Of a DNA stretch of 64,000 nt, positions 27,901 through 37,818 are shown in pieces. Where the stretch lies: IMG/VR virus record IMGVR_UViG_3300032304_000650, positions 2,751-66,750 of that record; one strand, written 5' to 3'. Under the pieces are notes generated by a model, which was not told the DNA's origin, made no database searches, and saw nothing but the letters and a program-made list of their open reading frames with translations. The position numbers and the translations under genes are program-made. Positions within the stretch are counted from its first letter, which is position 1. The number at the start of each line of letters is the position of its first letter. The DNA is from a virus.

Positions 27901-30900
27901 ATGTAGTCAACATTGCATCAGCTAAAGCTCCAGTTGCGCCAGCATCTGTAAACAGCTTTCTAACTGAAGTTTGATTCTCAATGCCTAAAAGTTTTATATT
28001 CTTATATGCATTTTTTAATTTATTTATAATTCCTGTATTTGATACAGACTCTTTCGCTCTTGTAGTAGCATTCATGTTATATTCAAAAGAAGAGATTGCA
28101 TCAGCTTCTGTTCTAGCGTTTTGTTTAGCTGTTTGTTTAGCAGACTTTCTTGATTTACCAGTATTCCCTACTTGTAATTGCATTCCACTAGGATTCTTTG
28201 TAATAACTACACCAGCTTTACCAAATGAGTTATCTTTTTTTACAGTAACATTATCTCCAAGTAAATCAGAAACATATTCAACCAACTCGTTACCATCAAA
28301 ACCTTTCTGATATACATCTGTAATTCCACCAGCTTCTTTTCTTTTAATTATAGCAGACTTAGGCTCTGGCCCTTTTTCTGCATTCTTAGCTAGATTAATA
28401 TCCCCAGTCCATCCTCTAGAAGAAATTATTGCACTTCCTCCTTCATTTAATTTATTGTATATATCCTTAACGATAGCATCTCTAGTATCTTTTGGGACTA
28501 CATTTAATACATTAAGACTAACAACAGCGTCGTATGTTTTATTTATATCTGAGCTACTTGTAAATGCTGGTTGCTTTTTACCTTTCCATCTATCTATATT
28601 TGGTTCAAATGAATCTACATTAGGAATAACATCTGACATTGCATCAGACCCTAATCCTAATCCAGCTCCATAATCTAATACAGACTTAGCTCCTAAAGAC
28701 TTTGCTATATTAGCAGCTTTAACATAACTACCAGTTGTGGTAGCTACTTGAGTTGTGCCACTTGATTTATCTGCCTTAATTGCATTATCTACCTGAAGCG
28801 CCATTGAAGAACTTAGTTTAACAATAGGCTGAGCACCCATAGCTGACTTAGCTGCTTGTGGCTTAGCTCTTTGGCCTAATGGCGTTTGGTTTGCTTCTTT
28901 AGAAGCTGGAACAAAATCAGGAGCAACTTTCCTTACATCGTAAAACTCTTCAAATATTCCTATAGGTTGACCTGTAACGATGAATGGATAAGACGGATGA
29001 TTCTTAAATCTATCGTCTGTTCTAGTATCTATAATTGGGCTATTCTTGTCTATTTGTATAGCAGCTACAATATCACCATATTCTGCATTTTTAAGCATTG
29101 GCTCATTTGATATTTCAAGCGCTGTTTCTAGTCTTGGTATTCCAAAGTTCTTTTCAGTAAATGCGCTAAACACCTTCTTTGTAAATCCACCTCTTTGGTC
29201 ATAACTAAACTTACCAGCTCCTTCTATTGGCATTAATCCATCTAAATCAGATAAAGATTCAATGCTTGTCTTTTTCCCCTTATCAGCAAGTAGTTGTCTG
29301 AATGTTACTCCAGTTGATACGTTAGTATCCAACTTTGCATCAAGGTATTTAACTAAGTCTTTTTCTGGTACACCTTTATCTACTGCATTGTAAAACTCTC
29401 CCATCATATATCCATAGAAGTCATAGCTCCCTGTAATACCTTCTTCTTTTTGTGACATGATAAGACCAATGCCATCACTTTGTTTAGCTCTATTTAAAAA
29501 TTTCTGAGCAGCAGCTTTTGTTGTAAATGCCCATACTCCAGTACCATCTTGATAAGAGTATGCAACACCACCGTTAAACTCATGAACATATCCACTAGGT
29601 GATTTAACAATAGCTGATATAGCCTTGTCTGCAGCAAATATAAATGCGTTTGCACCATCAAGGTCATTCATTGTTATAAACTTCAAAGACTTCTCGTCAA
29701 AGTTTCTTTCCGCTATCTCTAAGTTTAATCCTTCTTTATTTACCTTTCTACCATTTGGCTGTATGCCACCTGCATTAATCCTTATTGGGTTAGATGTTAA
29801 TCCAGCCTCTGTAGCAGAACCACTTGTCTCGCTAACTATCACCACTTCACGTCCAGTCTGGAACGCTTCTTTAATCTTAGCAGCAACAGCCTTTAAGTCA
29901 TCTATAGATTGTATGTCTGAATTGAATCCAATAATTTCTAAGAATCCTTTAATTACATCAAGGATATTATTCATCACAATAGGCTGGTCTGCTGGTAATT
30001 CAATTTGTCCATCAGCAACTCTTGCTATAAATTCTACAATAGCTTCTGACTTAACTGTATCATCACCATACTTTGCATACCCATCACCAAAAGCAAGTAC
30101 ATCCATAACACCATCAACAGATTCACTTAGGTTTCTAAGCTGGTCATACATTTGACCAACAGCCTCTGAGTTCTGCTGTGCAATCATGTTAATGATAGGA
30201 TGTGCTCCTTCATGAAATATCGTAGAAGTCTTATTCTTTTTGCCAAGCACTTCTCCATTTAGATATATAGTATTATTGACTCTATCAAATGCCCCATTAG
30301 AACCCCTATAATCTTTTTCTTTATCCTTACTTACGCTATATCCATTATCAATTTCTTGCTGTATTAGTATGTCCCCGTATTGCTGAGCAGATGGGACTAC
30401 TACTACCTTAACACCTGGATTGATAGACTTAAGAGCAGAAACTACATTTGACGCATAGTTTATAATTCTATCTCCAAATGTTTTAGGATTTTCTACTGTA
30501 GACGTGTCTGCATTTTGTGCATCTACTACTACTATTTGTCCTTGCGTTTTGCTGCCGAAATTGCGATAGCGATTATCTGGTTCATTGGTCGCTTGTTCTT
30601 GCTGTCCTTCAATTCCCTCACGTTGGATGATATTGCCTTCTGGAGTGATTTCTTGCTGCTGCTGGCTGCTTTCTTGAGTGGCATATTGTTTATTTTTAAT
30701 GTTTAATCCTGTTTTATCATCAACCTCTTCGGATAATGGGTCTTCCGATACTTGTGCTCTAGCTATACGACCATTAACATCTTGTAACTCTGCATTTAAC
30801 GCAGCAAGTGCTGGTAGGTCTGTTTCTGGAGTATTAGCTATTTTTTGTTGTATACCTTCAGCTTTTATAGTTAATCCAGCAACAGTAGGAACAGCATCTT

Positions 30901-32422
30901 GATTAGATACCATCACCTTGCCTTTTGCTTCTCTAAATTTATCTATGTCTTCAACAGACTTCTTAGCAGTACCTTCTGGAACTAAACCCGATTGCTCCAT
31001 GGCAACCATGTTATTATATATAGTCTGATTATCTAGATTTGATATAGCGTTATAAGCATATGACTTTACATACTTAGGAACAGCTATAGCACCACCGACA
31101 GCAGCAAATCCTAGCTGAGTTAAAAACTCTGCCTTAAACTGCTCTTCAGCTGATTCATCTGAACCACCTCTAATCTTTTCCATGGAATATGCAACAGCAC
31201 CATCTAAACTGCCAGATAAGGCTAATTCCTTTCCATTTGCGGCAGCATCTTTTAAGAATGCCTTAGTTGCTTGTCCAAAAGATTTAAGCTCTCTAGCGGG
31301 CTTTATTTGAGAGAATGTCTTTAATACCTTACTACCTAAGTATTGACTAACAACACCCTCTGCAGCTCCAGTCATTAAAGACACCTTGCTATTCCAGAAG
31401 TTATTAGCAACCTCATATGCATCATCATCGGATAAACCGTTTTGCTTTGCTTTTTGGAATGCTTGATTCTTGCTATCAAATTGCTGTCTTTTAGCTTGAA
31501 CCGCACCGACAACTGCTGGAGATAAAAACTGTCCAAGTCCTGGGATTGTACTAACAGCTATACCAGTAGTAATATCTGGAACTACTCCACCCATCATACC
31601 AGTAGTTTCAGCTCCAAAACCTCTTCTTTCTGTTTGTATTGTACCAAGGTCTTTATCTCTTGGCATTTCTGTATATCTTACCTTATTAGGTTTCCCAGCT
31701 TCTCCTATAGTAGTTAATTGAACTCGTTTATTGCCTTTCATAAAAGCTATCTGCTCTTCTCTATCCATCACATCAAATCCTTCTACTTCCTTATTTGTAT
31801 TAATTGTAGCATTATAACCATCTAAAAAACTAGCTATCTTGCCATCTATTACATTCTTAAGTACTGGAAATCCTTTATCATCTTTGCCTATTCTTAATTC
31901 TCCAGCTTTAAATCTAGATAAAAAATCTTCTCTCTTCTGTGTAATAAATATATCTCTCATTGGCATATCAGCTGATAACTGATTAGCATATATTTTAGCC
32001 TGATTATCTACAGCTATAAGAGCATTATCATATGTATTTATGTTTGACTTAGACTTTTGTAATCCTAGGTCTGCAGGCTTTTCTGTAACTTTTGCATCTT
32101 TCTTAACCACTGGAACTGGCTGTCTTTCAGAAACCTGAGCAGTTGTTGGCATTGCATTTTTAGCAACATCTTCCATTGTAAAAGAAGTCTTAGGAGCTGG
32201 TTGCTTAGCTGCTGCTTTTTGAGCAGGAAGTTGTCCTGCCATGGCTGCTCTAAATACTGGCTTTAAAGAAGTTGCACCCTTTCTAAGCGTATTCATGTAG
32301 TTAGCTTTTAACAGCTCTCCAACACTAGAATACCCTGTTCTTCTATCTTTTGGATTAGTAGGGCCTTGAGAATTATCTTCGCTATTGAAATTAACGGTTT
32401 CGTCTGTAGTATTTTCAGCCAT
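24971..32422 (-). CDS. giant internal virion/ejection protein, polyvalent (zincin peptidase, class I MTase, LPD38-like)
   Basis: 2483 aa; HEGAH at about 30200-30214; VLDYGAGLG...YDAVVSLNVLNVV at about 28200-28760; C-terminal ARRSSDFARGG...FIKVP...SPARL region. Confidence 0.7.
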   Translation of the reverse strand: MAENTTDETVNFNSEDNSQGPTNPKDRRTGYSSVGELLKANYMNTLRKGATSLKPVFRAAMAGQLPAQKAAAKQPAPKTSFTMEDVAKNAMPTTAQVSERQPVPVVKKDAKVTEKPADLGLQKSKSNINTYDNALIAVDNQAKIYANQLSADMPMRDIFITQKREDFLSRFKAGELRIGKDDKGFPVLKNVIDGKIASFLDGYNATINTNKEVEGFDVMDREEQIAFMKGNKRVQLTTIGEAGKPNKVRYTEMPRDKDLGTIQTERRGFGAETTGMMGGVVPDITTGIAVSTIPGLGQFLSPAVVGAVQAKRQQFDSKNQAFQKAKQNGLSDDDAYEVANNFWNSKVSLMTGAAEGVVSQYLGSKVLKTFSQIKPARELKSFGQATKAFLKDAAANGKELALSGSLDGAVAYSMEKIRGGSDESAEEQFKAEFLTQLGFAAVGGAIAVPKYVKSYAYNAISNLDNQTIYNNMVAMEQSGLVPEGTAKKSVEDIDKFREAKGKVMVSNQDAVPTVAGLTIKAEGIQQKIANTPETDLPALAALNAELQDVNGRIARAQVSEDPLSEEVDDKTGLNIKNKQYATQESSQQQQEITPEGNIIQREGIEGQQEQATNEPDNRYRNFGSKTQGQIVVVDAQNADTSTVENPKTFGDRIINYASNVVSALKSINPGVKVVVVPSAQQYGDILIQQEIDNGYSVSKDKEKDYRGSNGAFDRVNNTIYLNGEVLGKKNKTSTIFHEGAHPIINMIAQQNSEAVGQMYDQLRNLSESVDGVMDVLAFGDGYAKYGDDTVKSEAIVEFIARVADGQIELPADQPIVMNNILDVIKGFLEIIGFNSDIQSIDDLKAVAAKIKEAFQTGREVVIVSETSGSATEAGLTSNPIRINAGGIQPNGRKVNKEGLNLEIAERNFDEKSLKFITMNDLDGANAFIFAADKAISAIVKSPSGYVHEFNGGVAYSYQDGTGVWAFTTKAAAQKFLNRAKQSDGIGLIMSQKEEGITGSYDFYGYMMGEFYNAVDKGVPEKDLVKYLDAKLDTNVSTGVTFRQLLADKGKKTSIESLSDLDGLMPIEGAGKFSYDQRGGFTKKVFSAFTEKNFGIPRLETALEISNEPMLKNAEYGDIVAAIQIDKNSPIIDTRTDDRFKNHPSYPFIVTGQPIGIFEEFYDVRKVAPDFVPASKEANQTPLGQRAKPQAAKSAMGAQPIVKLSSSMALQVDNAIKADKSSGTTQVATTTGSYVKAANIAKSLGAKSVLDYGAGLGLGSDAMSDVIPNVDSFEPNIDRWKGKKQPAFTSSSDINKTYDAVVSLNVLNVVPKDTRDAIVKDIYNKLNEGGSAIISSRGWTGDINLAKNAEKGPEPKSAIIKRKEAGGITDVYQKGFDGNELVEYVSDLLGDNVTVKKDNSFGKAGVVITKNPSGMQLQVGNTGKSRKSAKQTAKQNARTEADAISSFEYNMNATTRAKESVSNTGIINKLKNAYKNIKLLGIENQTSVRKLFTDAGATGALADAMLTTSRGFGAQAALATEDVIDAVYKGLSDKKDLSFGEGKIKFSEVDLLNQIMNMRRVVAVQNMVQDKFNELQAMRAQMKKLRSNAKKEALQVKIDAAVEYLQDRKVLGKKYNPQTKETTEYLQNYQVGSTVDANGNKIPYNAGMASKQLETIENAYPEFDKLNERADKMFDTYRNIMKEKLDNGLVSKETYDMYIKYDYVPISYIDKILKEQDPDYARVMSKNPNQLRKSVLSGGADGDILTDYEAIFQVFATGHYKNVSNNRAATQLANFAEQNPNNGLVEIAIPVVDEDGDVVLDKDGNPVYKTAPEGMSYIFFYQDGQRKAVLATDEIADQWNARYSQSDEVNILANITFASLTQKLLTGKNPGFGIFQMIALDPLTAAVATDVFSPSVPVAYAQIALGGVDTVGWKGSIKQVIGRGDKYRLAAKWGAFTEMNAGRELETSLLSKDIIDGTGYEKLINTASQYSSKPIELIDKLIDKTGLGKVSDVTEKATRLIIFDRARKVFEEKFEKENKRKPSKAELDAIYAMAAHEARRSSDFARGGSLVKPASRLIIYLNSTVQTGVSVINQIKKNPARAMYQMGEMLAIGGLLTAYSAGIMNMPWEDDEEKKKKKAAWDSLSEYQKLNYLNIYVGGDAPERQFIKVPMPPFFKNFWVAAMMGFESKRSKNIYTKADYVSAIANANPFGDVTEIPAKLPPGAAALLAYNNLDIFTKKQIVTDEAGIPDDYEGAMDEAVGGVYKKIGSLTGTSPARLQAAGQKIYGQPERNPLIYVPKIAFETAVELATGAPVTLKEGLQKDWKGAILNSLSLQKRLFAGTPNYYQTRIMMDYEEIDFLKSKAHAALMNKDTKMYDKYNADIASKNKEIQGTLNIVNKNYPSLYERLVKESANKAGGLKYDLSPNVAKATTDKYIKQNYDQQVYEAYRINDPKTRAKYIYDKAKEMDKKEAQEYFDILYKLRIMNADNPTGIQYMKILKTENK

Positions 32423-32473
32423 ATTAACGTATGAATTATATACGCAAATCTAAGATTTTTTGGCTAGATATTC

Positions 32474-33703
32474 CTATTGAGGAGCCATGATTGTTCCTGG
32501 CTGGTAACCTCTTCTCTGATAGAAGCTAATCATTGCATTCTGAGCAGCAGTTATTTCAGCCTTTGTAAAACCCATATCAGCAAGCTCATCTTCACTGTAT
32601 AACTCACCACCAGTCTGTACTAGGAAGTTTAACATAGACGCACTAGCTTGTTTGTTTTTACCTAAAGCCTTCTGTCTTGCAATAGCTAATCTATCTAGAG
32701 TAGCTTTATCCTTCATATTAAGGTTAAGGCTTTTAAGTTTAGCGTCAAACTCTTTCATAGATACATATGTACCTAAAGTATTTCTATCTAAATAACCTCT
32801 AGTTGCAGATATAACCATTGCTGGAGTTGCTTTTGTAATGTCTCCATTAAGCTCAGGATATGCTGTAATTATTTTATCTGCCGTATTTTGTGCAAGCTTT
32901 TTCTTTATCAAAGACTCTTCATCTGTACTTGTACTTTGTATTGATGATAATAATTGATTTTTTTGTGCTATAGCTGCATTTTTTATTCTTGCATCAGCTC
33001 CTAGTGCTTGATTTATTCTACCTAAAACAGCATAAGGGTCTTTCATTGAAAACTTTTCTCTTTCTGGAACAGATATCTCTTGATATCCTGGTTTATTAGC
33101 TTCTCCTAATGGTATCTTAAATGCTTCAGATTTAGTATACTCACCTTTATTATCCTTTATACCAACAAGTGTCCTATCTAATTCTGCTAAATCTCTTTCA
33201 TTTGCCTCAAATTCATAAGCAGTTGGCGCTTTTAATTCATCAAAATTTATCTTATTTATTGGCTGTGTTTTTAGTTTAATGATATCTCTATTCATATCAT
33301 CTGGAAGCGCATATCCAGTAGCAGTCATTCTATCAGCATATTTAACTAAACCATCTAAAACAGAACCAGCCATAGCAGAATCTGAATAAACCTTATTTAA
33401 TCTTCCTTTAACAGCATCAAGTTCAGCTTTTTTAGCAGCAAGTTCACTAGGCTTTACTCTACGTCTATTCATTTTAGAATACTCTATAGCAGTGTTTCTG
33501 TAGTTATCAAACTCAGTAGCAAACAAAGGAATATCCTTTGACATTATTTTATTAGTATCATAAGTGCTTTTAAAGTCATCTATTTCTTTTCTTACGATTT
33601 GCTCTTGTTGCATTCTAATGTTTGCAGCCTGCTCTAAACCACGAGCAATACCTTGGCCTAATCCAGAAAAATCAATGCCTTGTGTATAAAAATTTAATGC
33701 CAT
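32474..33703 (-). CDS. internal virion (ejection) protein
   Basis: Helical, N-terminal IDFSGLG; position between the muzzle and the giant protein. Confidence 0.6.
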   Translation of the reverse strand: MALNFYTQGIDFSGLGQGIARGLEQAANIRMQQEQIVRKEIDDFKSTYDTNKIMSKDIPLFATEFDNYRNTAIEYSKMNRRRVKPSELAAKKAELDAVKGRLNKVYSDSAMAGSVLDGLVKYADRMTATGYALPDDMNRDIIKLKTQPINKINFDELKAPTAYEFEANERDLAELDRTLVGIKDNKGEYTKSEAFKIPLGEANKPGYQEISVPEREKFSMKDPYAVLGRINQALGADARIKNAAIAQKNQLLSSIQSTSTDEESLIKKKLAQNTADKIITAYPELNGDITKATPAMVISATRGYLDRNTLGTYVSMKEFDAKLKSLNLNMKDKATLDRLAIARQKALGKNKQASASMLNFLVQTGGELYSEDELADMGFTKAEITAAQNAMISFYQRRGYQPGTIMAPQ

Positions 33704-33707
33704 TATA

Positions 33708-34343
33708 TTATCTTGGTTTTTTGAAATTTCCGTAATTGCTTCCCATCATCATTCCTGGGTCTTGTGATGTAAATAATTTCTCTGTAGCTGCGCTTCCTAA
33801 ACCTTGAGCAGCACCTCCTGCGGCTGATTTAAACAATCCACCTAAAAAACTTCCACCACCTGCAGCTGAAGCTCCACCAGTCAATGCAGCACCAGCTATA
33901 CCACCTACAGCGCCAATAATTCCACTAAGCATTTGAGCTCTTCTTGCTTTCTTAGCCGCAAGCTCGTTGTACTGTTGTTCTGCTTTATATCTTTCAAGTT
34001 CAGTTTGAGCTTGACCAAATTGCATACCTGTTTGAATTCCTGTCATTGCATTTTCTCTTCTAATCATTGCATCTTGTGCAGCAAGTCTTAATGCTGAATC
34101 ATTAGAGCTGGCTAATAATCCAGGAGCTCCAGCCAATAAAGAACGCTTACCTCTTAATGCTCCAAGACCAGCGCTCACCCCTCTTCCGATTTCTTGTATA
34201 GCTAATTGTCTTGAAGCGGCATCCATGCCTTGTCTTGACAATGCTTGAGATTGCTCGTATGCTGCCCTCATTTCTGGAGACAATGTAAGCCCTTGAATTC
34301 TATTCATTGCACCCGAAATCTTTCTATCTAATTTGCTAGCCAT
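33708..34343 (-). CDS. internal virion/DNA pilot protein
   Basis: A/G/Q-rich helical protein with a hydrophobic GAVGGIAGAAL segment. Confidence 0.6.
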   Translation of the reverse strand: MASKLDRKISGAMNRIQGLTLSPEMRAAYEQSQALSRQGMDAASRQLAIQEIGRGVSAGLGALRGKRSLLAGAPGLLASSNDSALRLAAQDAMIRRENAMTGIQTGMQFGQAQTELERYKAEQQYNELAAKKARRAQMLSGIIGAVGGIAGAALTGGASAAGGGSFLGGLFKSAAGGAAQGLGSAATEKLFTSQDPGMMMGSNYGNFKKPR

Positions 34344-34344
34344 T

Positions 34345-37300
34345 TTATCTATTGTTTAAAGGTTGTAGTATTCCTAATTCTGCGTAATACAAATCTACTA
34401 AGTTTTGCGGATTTGTAGCTTTTAAGTTTAATTCAAGCCATGAACCCTTTAGCACCTTACCGCCATATAAACCACCAGTGCTATTTATATCTCTTTTAAA
34501 AGACGCATGATATTTATCATCTTTTATCTTAAAATCGGCACTTAACAGCTTTGAATTGTTATTCATATTAGTAACAATATCGCTAGTTAAAGGGGCTACC
34601 CATGTTGTGTTACCTAGTGTAGTAAGTGTATTATAATGCTTTTTTATATTCGGGTTTTGATTAAACACTAACTTTATAGAAGGAGTTTGTTGCACTCCAT
34701 AAAAATTAGCATAAGCTGTAGTGTTATTATGCGCCCATAACTCACCATTTTTCCATGATACTATAAGGTTCCCAGCAACAGCAATCCACTCTGGATTATA
34801 ATCATAGAAAGCACTATATGCATTTCTAGGTTCAGAGAATCCAAATGTATAGTCTGTTATAGTACTTCCACTTCCCTGCATAACAGTTATAAACTCCTCT
34901 TCAAATGCATCATAAACACCTAATACTTTAGCATATCCGCCATTGCCAAATTTATCTGCATTATTTGTTTTTTGATACTTTGTAATCTTATCTGTAAGGA
35001 AAAAGTGAGCTTTGTATGTTTCACTTATAGAAGTCATACCATCTGCAGCTAATCTAACTTGACACCCAAGTATTGGGTCTGTAAAATAGTCAGCGCTAGC
35101 AGAAGATGCTAATGAGCAATACTGCTCACCAATTCCATAATCACCTTGATAATACTGAATGCTATTTAAAATTTCTGAACTTTGAGATACCACGCTTCCT
35201 CCATCAGCAGTCTGTAGTACATTCTGCAATACAGGAACAACTCCACAAGCTCTATTTTGAAATACTTTTAGCTGTTGACCTCTTATTTTAAATCTTTGGA
35301 TATCACCCTTTTGCCTATCGTATTCGTCAAGATTAGCAGGGTTAAATCTATTTGTATTATTTATATTTGTTCCTTGCTCGTATTCGCCTGAATATCTTAT
35401 AAGGGTAGGATAATACGTTTCTTTTGCATATTCATCTATTACAAAAGGTCTGCCATTACCATCTACTTTAGATGGATATTTATCAGACACAGACATATCA
35501 ATTACATAAGCATTATTATTTCTTCTTCTGTTGTATACGTCTCCTCTAATAAAGTTATATTTAGCAGGTCTAGAACCTGTTCCTATGATTTGATTTTGCC
35601 CAGCTCCTTCATGTACAAGGTTGTTATTAGCATCTTTTATAATATAATAATCTTCCCCAAACTCGTAATATAATTGCTGTTCGTCGGTTGAATTAGGAAA
35701 GGTGCTATACAGCTCTAAATAGTACCCTGTAGTAGCTGTTTCCCATTGACTCATTAAACTAGCGTCATATGTAACTTTTATCCAATAACCTGTTCCAGTT
35801 CCATCATTATCTCCAGTAGGATTTTCTAACAAAACATCTAATATTGGTAAATCTAGTGCAAGGGTATTAAATCCATATATCTTAACTCTATCCCCTTTTT
35901 GGAATGAATATACAGGATATCCATTTTTATTTTTATTATAATTGCTAATATCCATATATCCATAAAGAGTATCCTTATGAACTTTATTTGTAGTAGCCCA
36001 AACAAAATTAGATGAAGTTAAATTATTAGTTCTTACAAAAGAAAATGTTTTAGCCCAAGAAGGAGGTGCATGATTTACATCAATTAATATTTTTGGATTA
36101 TAAAGCAATGAATTTCCTATTGCATTACTACCTACTACTTTTAATGGCAGTGTTGTAACCTTCATTGAATCACCAGTAACAACACCATTAGTAACTCCAA
36201 ATTCATCAAAATAAACTATACCAAATTTATATGTAGAGCTATGTTTGTAGCATGATATATTTACATCTGTAGGAGTCTCTGTTGATACTAAATCAACATA
36301 AGCTTCTCCTACTGTATTCCATGTAATTCTATTTCCTGTAGGAGTATATGATACTAAAAGGTCATTAGTACTACTACTTGTTCCTGATAATTTTGCTTCT
36401 GCGTCTATAACTCCTTTAAAATAGTCTCTTATATTTGTAGCAGTAGTAGTCCCATTAGGAACTGTGTAATCATATCCAAAAGTCTCTTCAGTAACCTCAA
36501 CTGGGAAAACATTATCATTAGTAACTGTAACTACTACATCTAATCTAACTTTATCTCCCATAGCAGGAACACCGCTAAATATAAATCTCCAGTTCCTACC
36601 AACATCCTGAGATGTAACACTTAATAAAGCAGTACTAGAAGAAGGTTCTTGCTCATCTGCTGTTACTGTAACAGATATTGGGTTATTAAAAGTATTTCCT
36701 TCTAATATTCCTCCATATGCTAATATATTACCATTAAGTAATTCTTGCGTATTAGCTTTCTTAGGTACATAATCAAATAATTGAATACTTTCTGTAACAC
36801 TTGAAAATGGATAAGCTCCATCATTAAAAAAATTATATACTCTAGTAACATTACTTGGCATTGCCAATCTTTGCTTATCTAATACGGTAACTATCATTCT
36901 ATCCGAAAATGCGGCAGCAACAGTCTCTCTTGTAGATATTTCTATTCTATAACAATCTATAGGGCCTGTATTATATGATACGCTTATTACGTTATTTTTT
37001 GTAGGGTCTGCGTCTAAGTTTAAATCAGTAATATTAAATGGTGCAAAAACTTTACTCCACGGACTCCATGTAGACTTAGTATTATCCTTGTATACCCATC
37101 TATAACTAAATTGGAATAACTTACTTCTAAGATTATTTTGAGTATCTGGACTATCTCCATAAGAACATACTGGTGCTTTTGTAGGCATCTTCCTAGCAAC
37201 AGTTAAATATTCCATCTTCCAATTTGTTCCATAAGTTTTACCTGATACTGTAGCTTCTTTTATATTAAGCTTCATAGGTTTATTATTCCTATCAGTCCAA

Positions 37301-37545
37301 TGAATCACATCACCTTCGTCTTCTGTTCTATAAAGTATATTAATAGATGCAATAGGGAACTTAGGGTCAAAATTAAATATATCCTCTTGACTATCTATAA
37401 ATGATATTAAAAGTGGAGATATAGTATTTGCCTTAACATCATAAGAATATATACCATGATAACCAGCTGAGTTATAGTTAAAGTAAAATACCCTCTGCTT
37501 TAACTCGTCGTAATGAGAACCTATACATTGATTTGTAGACGGCAT
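34345..37545 (-). CDS. tail muzzle/stabilisation protein lacking its usual N-terminal ~60 aa
   Basis: CIG..YDE...FYF, WTDRNNKPMKLN, FSYRWVYKD..KS.WSP, YKFGIVYFDEFG, N...TT.F..E..NA..AFYDY.PE-type motifs of crAss/phi38:1-like stabilisation proteins. Confidence 0.8.
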   Translation of the reverse strand: MPSTNQCIGSHYDELKQRVFYFNYNSAGYHGIYSYDVKANTISPLLISFIDSQEDIFNFDPKFPIASINILYRTEDEGDVIHWTDRNNKPMKLNIKEATVSGKTYGTNWKMEYLTVARKMPTKAPVCSYGDSPDTQNNLRSKLFQFSYRWVYKDNTKSTWSPWSKVFAPFNITDLNLDADPTKNNVISVSYNTGPIDCYRIEISTRETVAAAFSDRMIVTVLDKQRLAMPSNVTRVYNFFNDGAYPFSSVTESIQLFDYVPKKANTQELLNGNILAYGGILEGNTFNNPISVTVTADEQEPSSSTALLSVTSQDVGRNWRFIFSGVPAMGDKVRLDVVVTVTNDNVFPVEVTEETFGYDYTVPNGTTTATNIRDYFKGVIDAEAKLSGTSSSTNDLLVSYTPTGNRITWNTVGEAYVDLVSTETPTDVNISCYKHSSTYKFGIVYFDEFGVTNGVVTGDSMKVTTLPLKVVGSNAIGNSLLYNPKILIDVNHAPPSWAKTFSFVRTNNLTSSNFVWATTNKVHKDTLYGYMDISNYNKNKNGYPVYSFQKGDRVKIYGFNTLALDLPILDVLLENPTGDNDGTGTGYWIKVTYDASLMSQWETATTGYYLELYSTFPNSTDEQQLYYEFGEDYYIIKDANNNLVHEGAGQNQIIGTGSRPAKYNFIRGDVYNRRRNNNAYVIDMSVSDKYPSKVDGNGRPFVIDEYAKETYYPTLIRYSGEYEQGTNINNTNRFNPANLDEYDRQKGDIQRFKIRGQQLKVFQNRACGVVPVLQNVLQTADGGSVVSQSSEILNSIQYYQGDYGIGEQYCSLASSASADYFTDPILGCQVRLAADGMTSISETYKAHFFLTDKITKYQKTNNADKFGNGGYAKVLGVYDAFEEEFITVMQGSGSTITDYTFGFSEPRNAYSAFYDYNPEWIAVAGNLIVSWKNGELWAHNNTTAYANFYGVQQTPSIKLVFNQNPNIKKHYNTLTTLGNTTWVAPLTSDIVTNMNNNSKLLSADFKIKDDKYHASFKRDINSTGGLYGGKVLKGSWLELNLKATNPQNLVDLYYAELGILQPLNNR

Positions 37546-37548
37546 TTA

Positions 37549-37785
37549 TTATGTTTTGAATCTTAGTGTAATAGAATTTGTACAATATGTAGTGCTTGAC
37601 TGAACTTTAATTTGGAAGGCTGTATCAGGCACATCAGTATATCTAATAGCAGTACCAACCGTGAATGAAACACCTGTTTTAGTCCACCCAGCCACAAGAG
37701 CACCTGCTGTGTCCAAAGCTGTTAATGTAAAGTTTCCTGTATCTAAGCCTTTTGTTGAAAGCGTTACGTCTACTGTTTGAGGCAT
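37549..37785 (-). CDS. small beta-sandwich protein
   Basis: 78 aa; VPD....IKVQS...CTN; own promoter element at 37806-37813. Confidence 0.65.
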   Translation of the reverse strand: MPQTVDVTLSTKGLDTGNFTLTALDTAGALVAGWTKTGVSFTVGTAIRYTDVPDTAFQIKVQSSTTYCTNSITLRFKT

Positions 37786-37818
37786 TGAAATTCAATTTTA
37801 TGGTTCAAAGATACGAAT

